A stretch of DNA of 64,000 nt, taken from positions 94,757,024 to 94,821,023 of the forward strand of contig NC_068982.1 in the NCBI RefSeq assembly GCF_001194135.2. Reading direction: 5' to 3'. This document shows, one piece after another, positions 13,901 through 27,974 of this stretch; the first letter of the stretch is position 1; every line of letters begins with the position of its first letter. A program made the translations under genes and the position numbers. The DNA comes from Octopus bimaculoides (lineage: Eukaryota). The notes under the pieces are model-generated. The model made no database searches and was not told where the DNA came from. It worked only from the letters and a program-made list of their open reading frames with translations.

Positions 13901-15299
13901 TTTAATGCACTTTTCTTTGTTCCATAGTTTCTTGTAGTTATCGTTTTATTTAGTAATCGCAGTTGAAGTCTAGGTTTTGGGTGAGGTGAGATAACATTTC
14001 ATGAAAACACCACTTAGGCAGCAATCGCTACATTTACGTCAGTTGGTGTTCGAATTAAACACACAAACAACATATATCATACATACTAAACCAGCGTTTA
14101 TAGCTTTATTGCTGATTGATTCACTAATGGATGCAGTCGGTATGTTTTTACTCATTTATTCTTTAAAAATAACACTGGAATTATTTTCAGATCTTCCATT
14201 CGTGTTTTAGTTACTGTAGATTATTTAATCGACATAACTTGTGCATAATATACTTACAGACACACATTAATCATCCATGATATCTTTTTTAGTGACGCTG
14301 ATGTATTTATGTCTGACGGCGCGCTATATTTATGTCACATCTATTTCAATATTCAATCCTGAACGGTTTACTTAGATATCGTTATCAATGTCGACAAGCG
14401 TGCTTCAGGTTGTTATGGACAAGTCGTTATCCTGTGCCCTAGTTGCTATATGTACTAATTTCTTATAAGATTTTACGCGGAAGTGTAGGGATCAGTCTAG
14501 TCACTATAGCTTTGTGTCTGTGAATATGCTCGAACTTGACAAAGGTTGAGTCGCTCTTTTCATATGATCAATCAATCTCTATTTTCCTTATTTGATTTTT
14601 GTTGTTGTTTGTAGCTCGGTATTGTCTTGAGCAATAAAAATCAAAACTTCTGTTTTTGCTTCTCTGCTTACTATATGGTGGCCACGAGGTAATTATTTCT
14701 CTTTGTATACTTTAGAATACATCAGTATACTTTAGAATTATGTTTTGTTTTTCTATTTACTGTCTATTAACCGTATCTACAGTTTTGTATACGAATAATC
14801 TTTCTCTTTGGTGTTGTCACTTTCAGTAAAGTTTTAATGTCTTTTCGTATGAAGAGAAGATTTTATTCGGTGTTTTCTTATTCCATTATTTTTTCTTTGT
14901 TTCCTTTTTTAGTACTGCACTAGTCCTAGTGTTCATATATTGTAGTAGATTTCTACTTTCATCAGAGCACACCCACTTTGTGTGCAGAAAAGTTATCAGC
15001 AAGTTATTTAATTGTGTTTAAAGTCTTTAATTCTTTTAGTTAATGATATCGGAGCAATAGCTGAAACTGAGACAGTATTTATTAACTATTACTTTTAATT
15101 TACTCCTTTTCTGAATGCTGTATTTTTCTCTTGTCAGTGTCATTAACTCCTAATTATTTGTGCATGGATTCTGTTCTAATTCTCTGATTTGGGTGTCTGT
15201 ATCTAATTTAATTTTCTCAGTTTTAGTTAATCTTTCTCCTTTAGTAGCTTTGACATATTTGTCTCATCTCACACACAATTATATGTCTCGACTGAATTT

Positions 15300-15760
15300 A
15301 CGAACAATATCAACTCTTCCAAAATCATTATTTTCAAGTCATCTAATTGGGATACATGACATATAGCTTGTCCGTAGAAGGTATAGGCTGGTTTAAATGA
15401 TTTTCTCTTTCCATTGTAGTTATATTGTAGTTCAATTAGTTTTACTCTGATATTGTAGTCTAATCATTTTTCTGCTTTGTGGAATTCTTGTTGGCATAGT
15501 TTGTTCGTATTTGTACTGCTTCACTTATTCGAAATCTTTACATAATATCCAACAGTTTTGTATTCTGTAAATACGTTTCGGTAATCAAAGATATGTTAAT
15601 GCTTGTTTTCCTGTTTTACACAAATATAATATCTTACTTCACCTTTATCTAATATGTATATCAATACATATCTTTCTGGTTTCCTTTCTGCATCTCTTTC
15701 TATGGTTCTCCAGGTGAGTTACCAGCTAATCGTAAAGCATGGTTTTTAAGGTTTTTATAT
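15300..15760 (-). pseudogene. Highly degraded non-LTR retrotransposon RT relic (probably R4/Dong-like)
   Basis: The minus strand gives NSPGE at 15706-15720, resembling the KSPGPD motif. It lies in a long T-rich tract (A-rich coding strand) with many stops. Confidence 0.3.
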
Positions 15761-17115
15761 CTTTTGACAAACAAAGTAGAAGCCTATACATCAGAGTATT
15801 TCTGGTATTTTTAATATCATATTCCTCTCTACCACCCAGTTACGTGATGAATTTGGCTTTCTTTTATTGTTTATGTCCCTGTAAAATAGTTAATCATGGA
15901 TATTTTGCTGATTTGTTTAGATTTATTTTGATTTCAGAATTATGCTATTTTCTTTTTATAATTATTTTTGTTACTAGAGTTCTGTTTCCTTTGTATTTTG
16001 TATTCCGCATTCCGATAAACAGGAATAGGTTATTTTTCCTCTTTATTTCTATATTTCCTACCTACATGTGGATGGAGTTCACAGATATCTGACTCTATTT
16101 AGAAAAAGTTCTGTTTTTGCTCGATTGCTATTCAACAGATTAGATCATTCAGTCTGTTAATATTCGGGTGCTTTGATACAAGAGAGAACTTCTTGCATAG
16201 CCATGTTACAATATTTATTTTTAGAGCTACCTGTGTGCCAGTAGCTCAGCTGGGGTTTACGTTGATCCTTGCAGGTCAATTTTATTAGGTAGTTTCTTAT
16301 TTCCGTTGTTGTTTTTCTCTCCTCAATGTTCTCTAATTTTTACGCTATGATGTCTCTTTCTATGTTCTTTGTGAGATGTGGATCTGGGAGAATAATTCTG
16401 GTGAGCTGTTTATTTTAAGTATTTCTTTGGATACTTGGTGTTCATGACAATTTGGATGTTAAGCTTTTCTATTTTTTCTGTTATAATGCAACTGTGTTTT
16501 TTCTATACTGCATTCTATAGCATTTGCATTGAGTTCTGAGGGCTCATATATTGCCCACGACGCATTTCTTTGTTGTTACACCTTCTCTGCTTGAAAGGAC
16601 TTTGCCACTGTGTCAAGTATTAATTATTTTCTTATCATGAACTCAAATATACGTACGCAACAAAATTTGCCAGACATCATAGCCTGATCAATAATAGTTT
16701 TATTCTTGATTGATTTACACTGGATTTAGAAATTGGTTTCTAAATGAAGTAGATTTCATTTTTTATTCATTTCTTTCATTTTCTTCAAATGTTCATTCCG
16801 ATTGTCACTCATGTGCTCGACATGCAGAACTCCTTTTCTATAATTGCAGGGTACATCAACATACTGGTATGCCTCTTTAAATTTGCTTGCTTTTCTTTTT
16901 CTCTCTTTTTCTTTTGTAAATTTTGGCTTGTTAATTGTTACTTATCCTGATGTCAAATTTAAGACTTTGCAGCAACCTATGTATACACACTCATGCTGAC
17001 GTTCAAGTAAGATCAGAACTTAATTTTGCTATCTGCCTTACCACTCACCCATCGTGGTACGATAAAAATATCACCTGCCAATCACTGGAGTTGATATTAT
17101 TAACTATCAGCCTGA

Positions 17116-17330
17116 AGGCGGCGAGCTGGCAGAATCATTAGCACGCCGGAAAAAGTGCTTAGCGGCATTTCGTCCGTCGTTACATTCTGAATTAAAATTC
17201 CACCGAGGTCGGCTTTGCCTTTCATCCTTTCTGAGTCGATGAAATAAGTACCAGTTACGCAGTAGAGTCGATGAAATCGATTATTCTCCTCCCTCAAATT
17301 TCAGGCTTTGTGCCTTTACTAGACAGAATT
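17116..17330 (+). mobile_element. Family-A tRNA-derived SINE, full length
   Basis: AGGCGGCGAGCTGGCAGAATCATTAGCACGCCGG...AAATTCCACCGAGGTCGGCTTTGCC...AAATAAGTACCAGTT...AAATTTCAGGCTTTGTGCC. Confidence 0.92.
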
Positions 17331-17409
17331 TACTAACAATCTCCCCTAAAACTGCCTTAAGGCCTCGTGCCTTAATTAGAAACAAGTATTAGTAATAGTA
17401 GTAGTAGTG

Positions 17410-17440
<31 letters not shown>

Positions 17441-17459
17441 ATCATAATCATATTATTAT

Positions 17460-18345
17460 TATTCAGTAGTTTTATTTTTATAGCATGCTTTCACTTCACT
17501 ACCGAGCGCGCATCTGTGTGCCTTGGGTATGTGCTGTGGTTTGCTGTCCTGGTGTTTTTCTTATGTATTTGTCTGAATATTTTTTGTTATATCTAATGCA
17601 CCTACTATGATAGGAATTGTTTCTGTTTTTAGATTCCACATTCGAGTTACCTCTATTTCCAGGTCTTTGTATTTTGAACGTTTTTCTATTTCTTTTAGGG
17701 AAACGTTGTCATCTGCTGGTATTGATACATCAATTAGAAAGCATTTTTTTCCCTTCATGATCTTTGACAACTATATCTGGTCTATTGACCTTAATTTCTC
17801 TATCTGTGTGTATTAGCATATCACAGAGTATGGTTGCTTTCTCGTTTTTTTGTGACCTTTTCTGGCGTGTGCTTATACCATCTTTTTTCTGTTGTTATTC
17901 AAAAGTGTTGGCATAGCTTCCAGTGTATGTAGGTCCCAACTCTGTCGCGTCTGTGAATATTTTCCTTCTTAGCCAGGACTGGGCAACCAGAGACAATATG
18001 ATTTATTGTTTCTTGTCCATCGCCACATATTCTGCAGTTACTTGTTATGTTTCTTTCCATTATATGTTTTTGGTAACTTCTGGTGGGTAGGATTTTGTCT
18101 TGAGCTGCAATTAAAAATCCTCCAGTCTCTGCTTTGAGTCCTGAGCTTCTCAACCATTGCTGGGACTGTTCTCTGTCTATTTTTTTTTTGCATTTAGTTT
18201 AGCCCAATATTTTCCATGAAGGAACATTTCTTTCCATCGTTTTATCATGGTTTTTACGAGTCCCTTTTTTGTTTGGAGCTGTAGCACTGCTTACTTTTTA
18301 TTCATAGTGTCTTATGTATTTTACAATTATTTTATAATACATAAT
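17460..18345 (-). mobile_element. R4/Dong-clade non-LTR retrotransposon, 5'-truncated 3' end (CCHC zinc knuckle plus restriction-like endonuclease)
   Basis: Minus-strand ORFs read CRICGDGQETINHIVSGCPVLAK (CCHC) and RPDIV...CFLIDVSIPADDNVSLKEIEKRSKY (PD..D..K RLE). A 3' UTR follows, ending in an (AAT)n tail at ~17452-17463. Frameshifted. Confidence 0.9.
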
Positions 18346-18349
18346 GATA

Positions 18350-18479
<130 letters not shown>

Positions 18480-18944
18480 NNNNNNNNNNNNNNNNNNNNN
18501 NNNNNNNNNNNNNNNNNNNNNNNNNNNNNNNNNNNNNNNNNNNNNNNNNNNNNNNNNNNNNNNNNNNNNNNNNNNNNNNNNNNNNNNNNNNNNNNNNNNN
18601 NNNNNNNNNNNNNNNNNNNNNNNNNNNNNNNNNNNNNNNNNNNNNNNNNNNNNNNNNNNNNNNNNNNNNNNNNNNNNNNNNNNNNNNNNNNNNNNNNNNN
18701 NNNNNNNNNNNNNNNNNNNNNNNNNNNNNNNNNNNNNNNNNNNNNNNNNNNNNNNNNNNNNNNNNNNNNNNNNNNNNNNNNNNNNNNNNNNNNNNNNNNN
18801 NNNNNNNNNNNNNNNNNNNNNNNNNNNNNNNNNNNNNNNNNNNNNNNNNNNNNNNNNNNNNNNNNNNNNNNNNNNNNNNNNNNNNNNNNNNNNNNNNNNN
18901 NNNNNNNNNNNNNNNNNNNNNNNNNNNNNNNNNNNNNNNNNNNN

Positions 18945-19035
18945 NTCTTAGCCAGGACTGGGCAGCCAGAGATAATATGATTTATTGTTTCTTGTCGATC
19001 TCCACATATTCTACAGTTACTTGTTATATTTCTTT

Positions 19036-19040
<5 letters not shown>
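18945..19040 (-). mobile_element. Second R4/Dong-clade fragment, 5'-truncated into (TAA)n
   Basis: Minus strand KRNITSNCRICGDRQETINHIISGCPVLAK is near-identical to 17960-18060. Its 5' end abuts a long (TAA)n and its 3' part is lost in a gap. Confidence 0.88.
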
Positions 19041-19120
<80 letters not shown>

Positions 19121-20089
19121 AATTACCAACTCATATTTGTATTGCACGCTTCTGTTGTACTACCGAGTGCAAGTTTGCATAACACGAATATATGCAATGT
19201 TTTGTTTTGGATTTGGGTTTTATTCTATTGTAATTAATCCTTGTAACATATGTGCGATACCTAATACTACTATTTCTTGTATTTTGTGGATAATTCTAAG
19301 TCCTGTGGTTATAATCATGTACTTGCTTGCTTATGTTTTCATTATTATTTCCAAAGCATTTATCCCTACTTATCACCATAGCTCTTACTTCCAACTTACA
19401 TTCCACAGTTTCAGAATATCTGTGTGTCAAGATTGCTACATTCAGATAATTTCTGCATTTATTTGAAATTAGAAGGCTTTCCTTTTTCCTAGTAGACATT
19501 GATAATAACATCCAATAGATTAACTTTTATCATTTTGACTACGTTTATCTCGTCCTATTTTCTCCTATGTTGTTGGGTTTTTTTTACATTGTCTGTGGGT
19601 TTTTATTGTGTATACTTATGATATCACTTAACTACTAGCATTTCATAATATTAGCATAATGTTTATAATATATAAACCTGAAATTACATCACGCTTTTAA
19701 ATGTATTGTTTCTGAGCTAAGTCTAACAACCAGAGAAAATATTGGTAACCGTTTCTTCCACCTACTGAGATAATATTCGGTTAATTAATGCAACACGTCT
19801 CCTTGCTTGATTTTAGTTGTTTCTTGTTGGAAGAATTTGGTCTTGTTCTGCAACCAGTACCACTGTTGAGCTAGTCTATTTCTACTATATTGAACTTTGT
19901 CTCATACTTCCCATATAAAGGAATTCAGTATCAATTTTGTATGACATTTGAGGCTCATCACAATATGTGTTGATATTTATTTTCACCCACAGCACAACTC
20001 TCATTTCAGCGTCTGTTTTGTAACTCTTAGTGTGTTTGAAGCCCGAAAATACTTTATTTTATTTTGTTCTTATCCTATACACACACGCG

Positions 20090-20135
<46 letters not shown>

Positions 20136-20136
<1 letters not shown>

Positions 20137-21155
20137 TAGTTGCGCTGAGTAAATTGTCACCATTTTATATTTTTTATTTCGTGCATCCAAATTTGATTTT
20201 GTGGACTACACAGTATTGTAAGATCATTTGGGCACCGTCTGTGAGAAAAAACTGCACCATGACGCAATTCACTCTGCCAGAAATTGGGAATCAACATGCT
20301 GTACTGATTGGCATTCTCATCGGAAGCTCCAATACGAATATTTCAGAGTGTTTGGGTGTCAACTTGATGACAGTGCTATCTGAGAATATGCAACGAGAGT
20401 GATAAAAAACAAGCATCCAGGCAATATCATTGTGTTTGGGGTAATCACTAGTGATGGCGACGTTATGCTTCTATTCATCTTCCCACACGGCCTCACACTC
20501 AACACGGATACCTACATCAAGTGCCTTGAGTAGGTAGTACTGCCCTGGATCAAATGAGCGGTTGCTGGAAGACACTACCTCGGGCAACAGGACTCTGTAC
20601 CATGCCACACAAGCAGGAAACCTAGTCATGACTGTTAGATAATTTCTGCGACCACAGTTGAGCGAGAGACCAACAATACTCTTTGTAACACCAAAGATGA
20701 ACTTAAACAAGGAGTATGACCAGAAGAGTTGCAGTAGATTCCACAGTCGTCTGGAGGCCATGGTTGAAGCCAATGACAATTTTATTAAAGAAATTTACTT
20801 TTTAGTATTTCAAAATATTTTCATGTAATTTACACCGCCAAAACGTCTTGTGGACAAACCACAGCAGTAATCGTTTTCATCTAAATAGACGTCATTGATT
20901 GGTTGAAATTACCGAAATACGACAACTTTAACACGAAATAACTTCGAAAAATAAAGAATTTTCTTAAAAACGCCAAGAATAAATGATGTTTTAAATGTCA
21001 CATTCTACCAGTATACGAAATTTTTAAGTGTTTAGTTACAAAAAATTATTCTTTCTATGTCCCGGCCAAAAGGAAAAGATCCTCTATTGAAATGAGATTT
21101 TAGTGGTATTTTCATTTTTGCGTAATTTAGTCGACTGTTTATACACCGCACCCTG
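20136..21155 (+). mobile_element. Internally deleted Tc1/mariner-superfamily transposon (maT/DD37D-like)
   Basis: From 20411 the frame reads KHPGNIIVFGVITSDGDVM..FPHGLTLNTDTYIKCLE*VVLPWIK*AVAGRHYLGQQDSVPCHTS, with C-terminal SRLEAMVEAN. Degenerate TIRs (TA-CTAGTTGCGCTG / CACCGCACCCTG-TA) have TA flanks. Confidence 0.8.
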
Positions 21156-21805
21156 TATATNNNNNNNNNNNNNNNNNNNNNNNNNNNNNNNNNNNNNNNN
21201 NNNNNNNNNNNNNTATATATATATATATATTTATATATATATACATGAGTGTGTGTGTGTGTGGGGGGGTGTATGTGTGTGTTTGTGTGTATTAGTTTTC
21301 CGTTCTTTATTACTAAGTATTTTCATAGTCTTACTAATATATTTCGGAATAGGTTCTTTGTTCTATAAGGCCGCTTACTCTTTATGTTTGTGATAAATAT
21401 CTCTCCAGCTTCAAGGTTTGGTAGTATGCTCTAAACACATACATTACTTTTTTTTCTCAGTATAGTCTTGTAATTTTGTTTTTTCGTCCAAGTGAGAACA
21501 TTAGAGGTATAATATATTACCAATGCCTATTACCTTATCTTTCTGGAATGAGTTATGTTTTAAGAATTTATTTAATGCGCATAAAATATTTCATAGTAAA
21601 CTTTCCTTTCGTCTGTATATTTTCTGGTTTATCATTTCATATTTATTTTTCTATCTCTTATCTCAGTTTCTTTAACTAGCATGTTATTAATGTTCTTACT
21701 TAATTTCTCTTTCTCTCGCGTGCGCTCTTCAAATCATTTCAGGGTCGTCTTGGTACTTTTACTTTTTAATCCAGGTCTCGTATGGATCTTTTTCTGCTAT
21801 ATGTC

Positions 21806-21890
<85 letters not shown>

Positions 21891-24549
21891 AAGATGGCTT
21901 ATTCGAAATTTACAACCAAAAGGCAGAAGTATTGATCTTTCATACAAGATTTTTGTAGATCGTAGTAAGGAAAGTTCTATCTGTTGCTTTCAGAATTTCT
22001 TGTACATTTTTCCTCCTGTAAAACAGGTTTTCCACTTGAATTTCTTAGATGGCATTCCTAGTACCATCTGTCGCCAATTAAAACTCTCTGTTGGCTATAT
22101 ACGTGATTCTTGCAACATTTCAAAATGACGTTTAAAATATGTTTATGTGCGGTCGTCACCACACAAATATTTGAAATATCTTTGTGTTTGGAGTCTTTTG
22201 CACATGTTGACATACTTTTTCGTTATGATTTAGCACAATTGATCAGATGCTATTTGCATTACTTTGAAAATTCTAGCAATCAGTGATCGCTTCGCTGCTG
22301 CCTATACCCGTCACCTTAATTCGTCTATGTCTCCTGCAGTTGATGCTACAGTCATTTCTATTTCATTTCTAGTAAGCTCTTGATAAAATGGTTTTCGACT
22401 GGAGTCCAATTCATTGATTTTAAATAAGTATTATTATTTTTCATAAGAATCTTCTTTGCAATTTAGCAAGGATATTTTCTTTGACTTTGGATACTTCTGT
22501 TTTTCATTTTATCTATATGGTATTTGTCTCTCGTTCCATTTTTCAGTTTTGTCATCTCGTTATTGAATTCATTAACGATTAACAGAGATGTTTTCTCATA
22601 TTTTTATCATAGTCTGAATATTTTCTGAATATTTGTTTTCTGTATTGCTTCCTTGGCAATTTCTATTTGGCTGGATCTGAGTGAGCAACAACTTCCGTTT
22701 ATAATTACAGTGGATGTTACATATATTATTTTATATAACTTTATTTCATTTCATTTGCCATATAGACAGTACACAGAGTAGCTGCAGGCTGGACAAACAC
22801 ATTAATGAGATGAATGATGAACGCAATGATATTAATGGGAGAAGACAGAAGCCGCCCGCCGAACTTTGCTTCTCTAAAACATTGTTCTTTTATAAATGTA
22901 TACATAAATTTACAAATTGAGGCTATAAACCTCTTACTGTACAATTTCAATTTATCATGTCTTTGAAATGAGGCACTTGCCTCTTATACTTTTCTTTTTA
23001 TGGGTTACAAGCCCTTTCAATATGAGGCACTCGTCCTCTTACATTTAACCACCCGACCAGACTCCGTGCTTCACTTAAGCATCTCACTGGTTCTTCATGG
23101 GGCCACTTCAGTAAGTAGCGGAATGCGTCTTTGGGGAAGGAATTCCTCACCTTGCACAAGTCTGTCTCCTTCACGACCTCCGCAGTCGCCTGCGGAGGCC
23201 AACCAGGGTCCTTGGTACAGGTGAGGATCCCTCTCCTCCGACCCTTCCTGGTAAACTTTTTAACAAAATTTTCAACGGCCCCTCCTTTGTGGAAGAGAAC
23301 TACAAATTCCTCCTCCTCATAGGGCGAGGCCTAATCATTTTATATAACTTGGCGGTATTTATGCTCTTGTTTCTTTTATTGGTATTTCTGAGGGTCATTT
23401 TTTAATTCATAATGTTGTTCACATTTTCTTGCTGAATTTTTCCCTTAAGAAATAATTATTTTCGAGTGCCTGAATAACTACCGTAATGAATTTTTTCTGG
23501 TTCTTTGTGTTGTTAGTTCAAATCTCGGTAGTCTCAACTCTGCATTTCAATCTTTGACGATCGATTAAATATAATACCAATCAATACAGGAATCAATAGG
23601 ATCAACTAACTGTCTGTCCATAAAAATTGCTGGTCTAGTGCCTAAATTAGGAAGCAAGTCTCTGACATGCTGGTGAATTCAGTGAAGATTATGATTGCAT
23701 TCATTGAAATTCAAGCAAATTTATTTCCCAGATGTTTGTACTACTTCATCGGCAGGTGTGGTCATAACATGCGTATTAGATTTTCCAATTTTTATAAACG
23801 AGATTTTAGGATTGTTTCGGAACACACTGTTATCCTTGGAGAAGTTTGTCCTTTACCCGAGCCCCCTTTGACGTACTGCGTTGGTTTGGATCGTTTAATT
23901 GATTCTTTTCTTTCGATTGATTCATAGATTTCACTTACCCTTTTGTGGATCGTATTTTCTGTTCAGCTTTTTAGCTTTTGTTACCTTACCATTTTCTTAA
24001 CTCTCAAGTATTTTCAATTCTTTTTTGTCATACCGACCTCTTATATATATACTAAGTCTTTCTCTTTACTTGAATATCAAACTGTGCAGTGGTTATTGAA
24101 TCTGCAGCATGGGCATATTGTTCAGTGAAGTATGACTACTTCATTTTCATTCATGATGGATTCTATAAATGCACTTATCTTATTCTACTTTTTGTCTTAA
24201 GTAGTGAATCTTGGGAAGTCATTGCGATCTTCGTGATCTGTGTTTGACCTTCAGCTACTCTAATGGAATTTTATCTTGAAAATTGTCAATTTCAGTTTCT
24301 GTGTTTCCACTTGCAGCCTAATGAATCTCATTAACATCATCGTCAGTTAGTATTTCTCCGAATACCTCGGATTGGGTCTTTCTCATACCAGGTTTCACTT
24401 CTACAGTTCGGGATACTTTGCATCGTTATTTACATTCTCGTTTGTATTACTAATTTGTTAGATACACATGTCAGTTAACGGCTTTTTTCACTAAGATATT
24501 CCTGTAAACGTAGCCAATTTATTGTTATCTATATTCGGACAATTCGTAG

Positions 24550-24790
24550 TGATTTTCTTGCCCCAATCAATGTAAGGATATATGTTATGTATTAGATCTA
24601 TCTGATGAAAAGTATAATGCAGTATAGTAGGCTTTTTGATCTTCCTTATATTCTTCCCTAGTCAATACTATTTATGTTTTATCGCATGCTGTTGTTTTGT
24701 ATGAGATCCATTAATAGGAGTCATCCTGTTAAACGCAGAGTTGATGCTTGTATTTTTGGAATCAAACGATTCACAGAATTTTCAGCCCCT
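24550..24790 (-). pseudogene. Degraded LINE RT relic
   Basis: Minus-strand CAGGATGACTCC (QDDS) resembles the RT QGDSLSP motif. It sits in a T-rich decayed tract. Confidence 0.3.
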
Positions 24791-24977
24791 AATTGGTGTG
24801 AACTCTGAGCAATCTACTCAATTTTTTTAACCAGTCGACGACCGTTCCGATATGCATCTTTTTTTCTAGGCATTTAGCCTATACCTCCGTGTTGTCTTTA
24901 TTGCCAAGACGGTCGTTCTATTGTGATCCTACCTCGTGAGATATGTGGAAGGCCGATATCACGTCCTGTTTCTCTAT

Positions 24978-25180
24978 AATCGTTAGCGCATCTGGCAAAA
25001 TGCTTTGTGACATTTCTTGCGGCATTTCACGTTCGGAGTTCAAGTCTCACCGATGTCGCATTTGTTATTCATCCTTTATGGTTTGATAAAATAAAGTACC
25101 GTTGAAGTACTGGGGTCGATATGATCGACTGGCTACTCATCCAAATTTCAACCTCGACCCTATATTAAAAACAATTATTA
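24978..25180 (+). mobile_element. Family-A SINE, diverged
   Basis: AATCGTTAGC...GGCAAAATGCT...GGAGTTCAAGTCTC...ATAAAATAAAGTACC...CTGGGGTCGAT. Confidence 0.8.
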
Positions 25181-25443
25181 AATGATGCTGTTTTGTACGG
25201 TTGTACAGATTTCTAGCATCCTAACACATTGCTCAACTTCGTGAACCCCACTTTGCACAAAATGCGTTCATTTATGGTCTTTATTTTCCCATTTGTAAAT
25301 ATGCGTTGCTCTTTATGGAGATGTGGGTGTGTTCTTGCGCTAGCAAGTTTTCTATGCGGTCCGTTAGTATATGTTCATGAGAACCAGTTCCTCAGAATTT
25401 GATTGCGAACAGCAATGTATAAAGACAACGAAATACAAGAGAA

Positions 25444-25544
<101 letters not shown>

Positions 25545-26559
25545 GAAAGAGTGCTTACTCTTGTTAGATCTGTTTTCAGTAGAGCAGATTAACAAGGTTG
25601 ATATGCACTCAGAAGATGAAACAAGACTAGCAGGGACAACTGATGATTACTCCAGTCAATGTATGAAATAGGCGGAACATTTAGTAGTAAATCCAAGCCA
25701 TGGAGAAAATTTGGTTAACTGGTTTCACTTGGTGTTTCTATTTGTCTTCATGGATAGATAGCTAAAAAGCATTATGTTTCATTGCTGTGTTTACAGCATG
25801 TAATATATGCATTTTGCAGTACTATGTATACTCTTGGAGGTGTTCAACAGTTTTACAGCGAACTATTAATAAAATTGACTAACTTGCCCGTGTTTCAATA
25901 GCTATTTGTATTTCTTATTAATGCTAGAAGAATGTATACATGCATACATACATACATACATACATACATACGCACTCATACATATATATACACACCATTG
26001 CTGTGTCGATAGCGTTTAATGTCTGTATTTTGCAGTGGTATAAATTATCTTCGATATGTTTCACATTTTTCTGAGTTTGTGTAAGTTTCACCTGGGCTTC
26101 ACATCTTTTGTAGCTGTGTAGCTTATTTCAGCTGTTCCTCCTCTGTAGTCATCTTCACTTTTGATGAATGATCTAAAATTTGAATTCTTTTGATATTCTA
26201 AAAAACTTTTCAGCGAGACATGCAACCGGAAATCCTTGAATCGATTCTTCGATATGAAAGAGAAGATATGTTTGCGTATTCGAGTTACTAGAAATCATAC
26301 ACTCACAGAAAGCTGTAGATTTTGAATTTTTGAGGTGATTTTTGCTTTACTTAGTTTTTTTTTTTCTTTTTTTTTTGCCTGTTTAGTTAATAGCCTGTGC
26401 ACTGATAGAAAGAAATATAACTTCACAGAAAATTGTAGACGTTGAAGTTGCTAAGAATACTTTATTTTTTAAAGAAAATTTCAGCTGAAATATATTTGTA
26501 TTTTTGTTTCGTTAACTGCTAACTTGCTTGAGTTACGGAAATACGTCTAGCCACTACAC

Positions 26560-27520
26560 CTGCTTCTATCTCTTCCCTGTGGGAGGTACGCATTCCACTG
26601 TTAAGCTGATCTATCTGTTCCCAGCGCTGCCTAAAAGCGGTGTTCGGCATACTATTGGAGTTACTGTACAGGGACCTGCTGAAGACGTGCTACCTTAATG
26701 TTTTCCTTGATGATGCACAGGTGTGGTTTCCGTTTGTAAGACACGTTTTTCTGCAGTTTATCTTTTTCACTGAGCTGCAGTCCTGAGTTAAGAAAATAGT
26801 ACAATTAGGTGGCTGGCACCTTGAATGTAGTCAGACACGCACACTGGCCTTTACAAGTGAGGTCTTGCGGTCAGTAGAAATTCTACATAAGCAATATACA
26901 GAGACGTCTTAGGTGAGTAAATCCGATTACATTTCTCACAGAAACTCTAGGCATGGATAAGGAGAAACTAACTGGTCCTCATTCGGAGGACATTCACACC
27001 AGATATTGCAATTAATAACTACTAGAAGTTCTTAGCTTGATGGTACTACCAACACTTGTTCGAGATAAAATCTACAGGCAGTAAGTGCTGCCAGGAGTGA
27101 CTACCCGAAATGCGCGCAGAATGACGAAACCGTAGTTCAGGCACTCGATTGGGGTCCAAGTATTGTTGGCTTGTGAAATTATATCAAACATCTGTTGTCT
27201 CCCGAATCCTTTTATTGGGTGTGTTCATTATAAGGTTCTCCCTACCTTCCACGTTTAACAAGGCAGGAAAGGTTGCATTCCTTTGTCTAATGGCTACAGT
27301 GAAATTTCTCAATAGGGGAAGAGGCTTAATTGCATTGAGGATAGTCACTTTCTCTATCATTCGATTCCTCATCGACATTTTAAAATTCCATTTCCAAAGA
27401 AAATCGAGTGTGGCGAAGGAAGTCATGCTTCTCTGAATGAATTTGTTACAAGGTAAGAGACTGACAAAATGGTTAGTGTGTATGAAGCTCCTCTAAACGT
27501 GCACCTGTAGATTGGAAGAC
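26560..27520 (+). mobile_element. L1/Tx1-like LINE ORF2 3' end (zf-RVT region), decayed
   Basis: Frameshifted VRDKIYRQ and PKCAQNDETVVQALDWGPS resemble the LPxRD..CxxC...ETxxHxxxxC zinc finger. Downstream come FLCLMATVK and LIDILKFHFQRK, and the GC content is higher than the flanks. Confidence 0.65.
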
Positions 27521-27834
27521 AACTATTGGGCGACGACTTGTGGCACTGGAGATCAGGGTGATTCCTTGTTCGTAATTCTTTGTTCATACTTGAAGGTTCT
27601 TTTCTGTCAGGAGTGCGTCATAGATGTGTTCACATATTATATATATATAAATATATATATACATATATANNNNNNNNNNNNNNNNNNNNNNNNNNNNNNN
27701 NNNNNNNNNNNNNNNNNNNNNNNNNNNNNNNNNNNNNNNNNNNNNNNNNNNNNNNNNNNNNNNNNNNNNNNNNNNNNNNNNNNNNNNNNNNNNNNNNNNN
27801 NNNNNNNNNNNNNNNNNNNNNNNNNNNNNNNNNN

Positions 27835-27974
27835 GTCATTGATGCCCCAGTGGCAAATAAATGGAATTATTATTTCTATTACTCCCCTTCCCCAAAATGT
27901 ATTATTTTAATCCCCTTTCCCCAAAATTTCAGGCCTTGTGCCTATAGTAGAAAAGATTATTATTATTATTATTG
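27835..27974 (+). mobile_element. Family-A SINE 3' tail
   Basis: CCCCAAAATTTCAGGCCTTGTGCCTATAGTAGAAAAGATTATTATT. Confidence 0.75.

Noticed and set aside
17116-17200. tRNA genes at SINE heads (also 49280 and 51670)
   Set aside because: A/B-box-like motifs are present, but there is no cloverleaf and they continue into SINE bodies.
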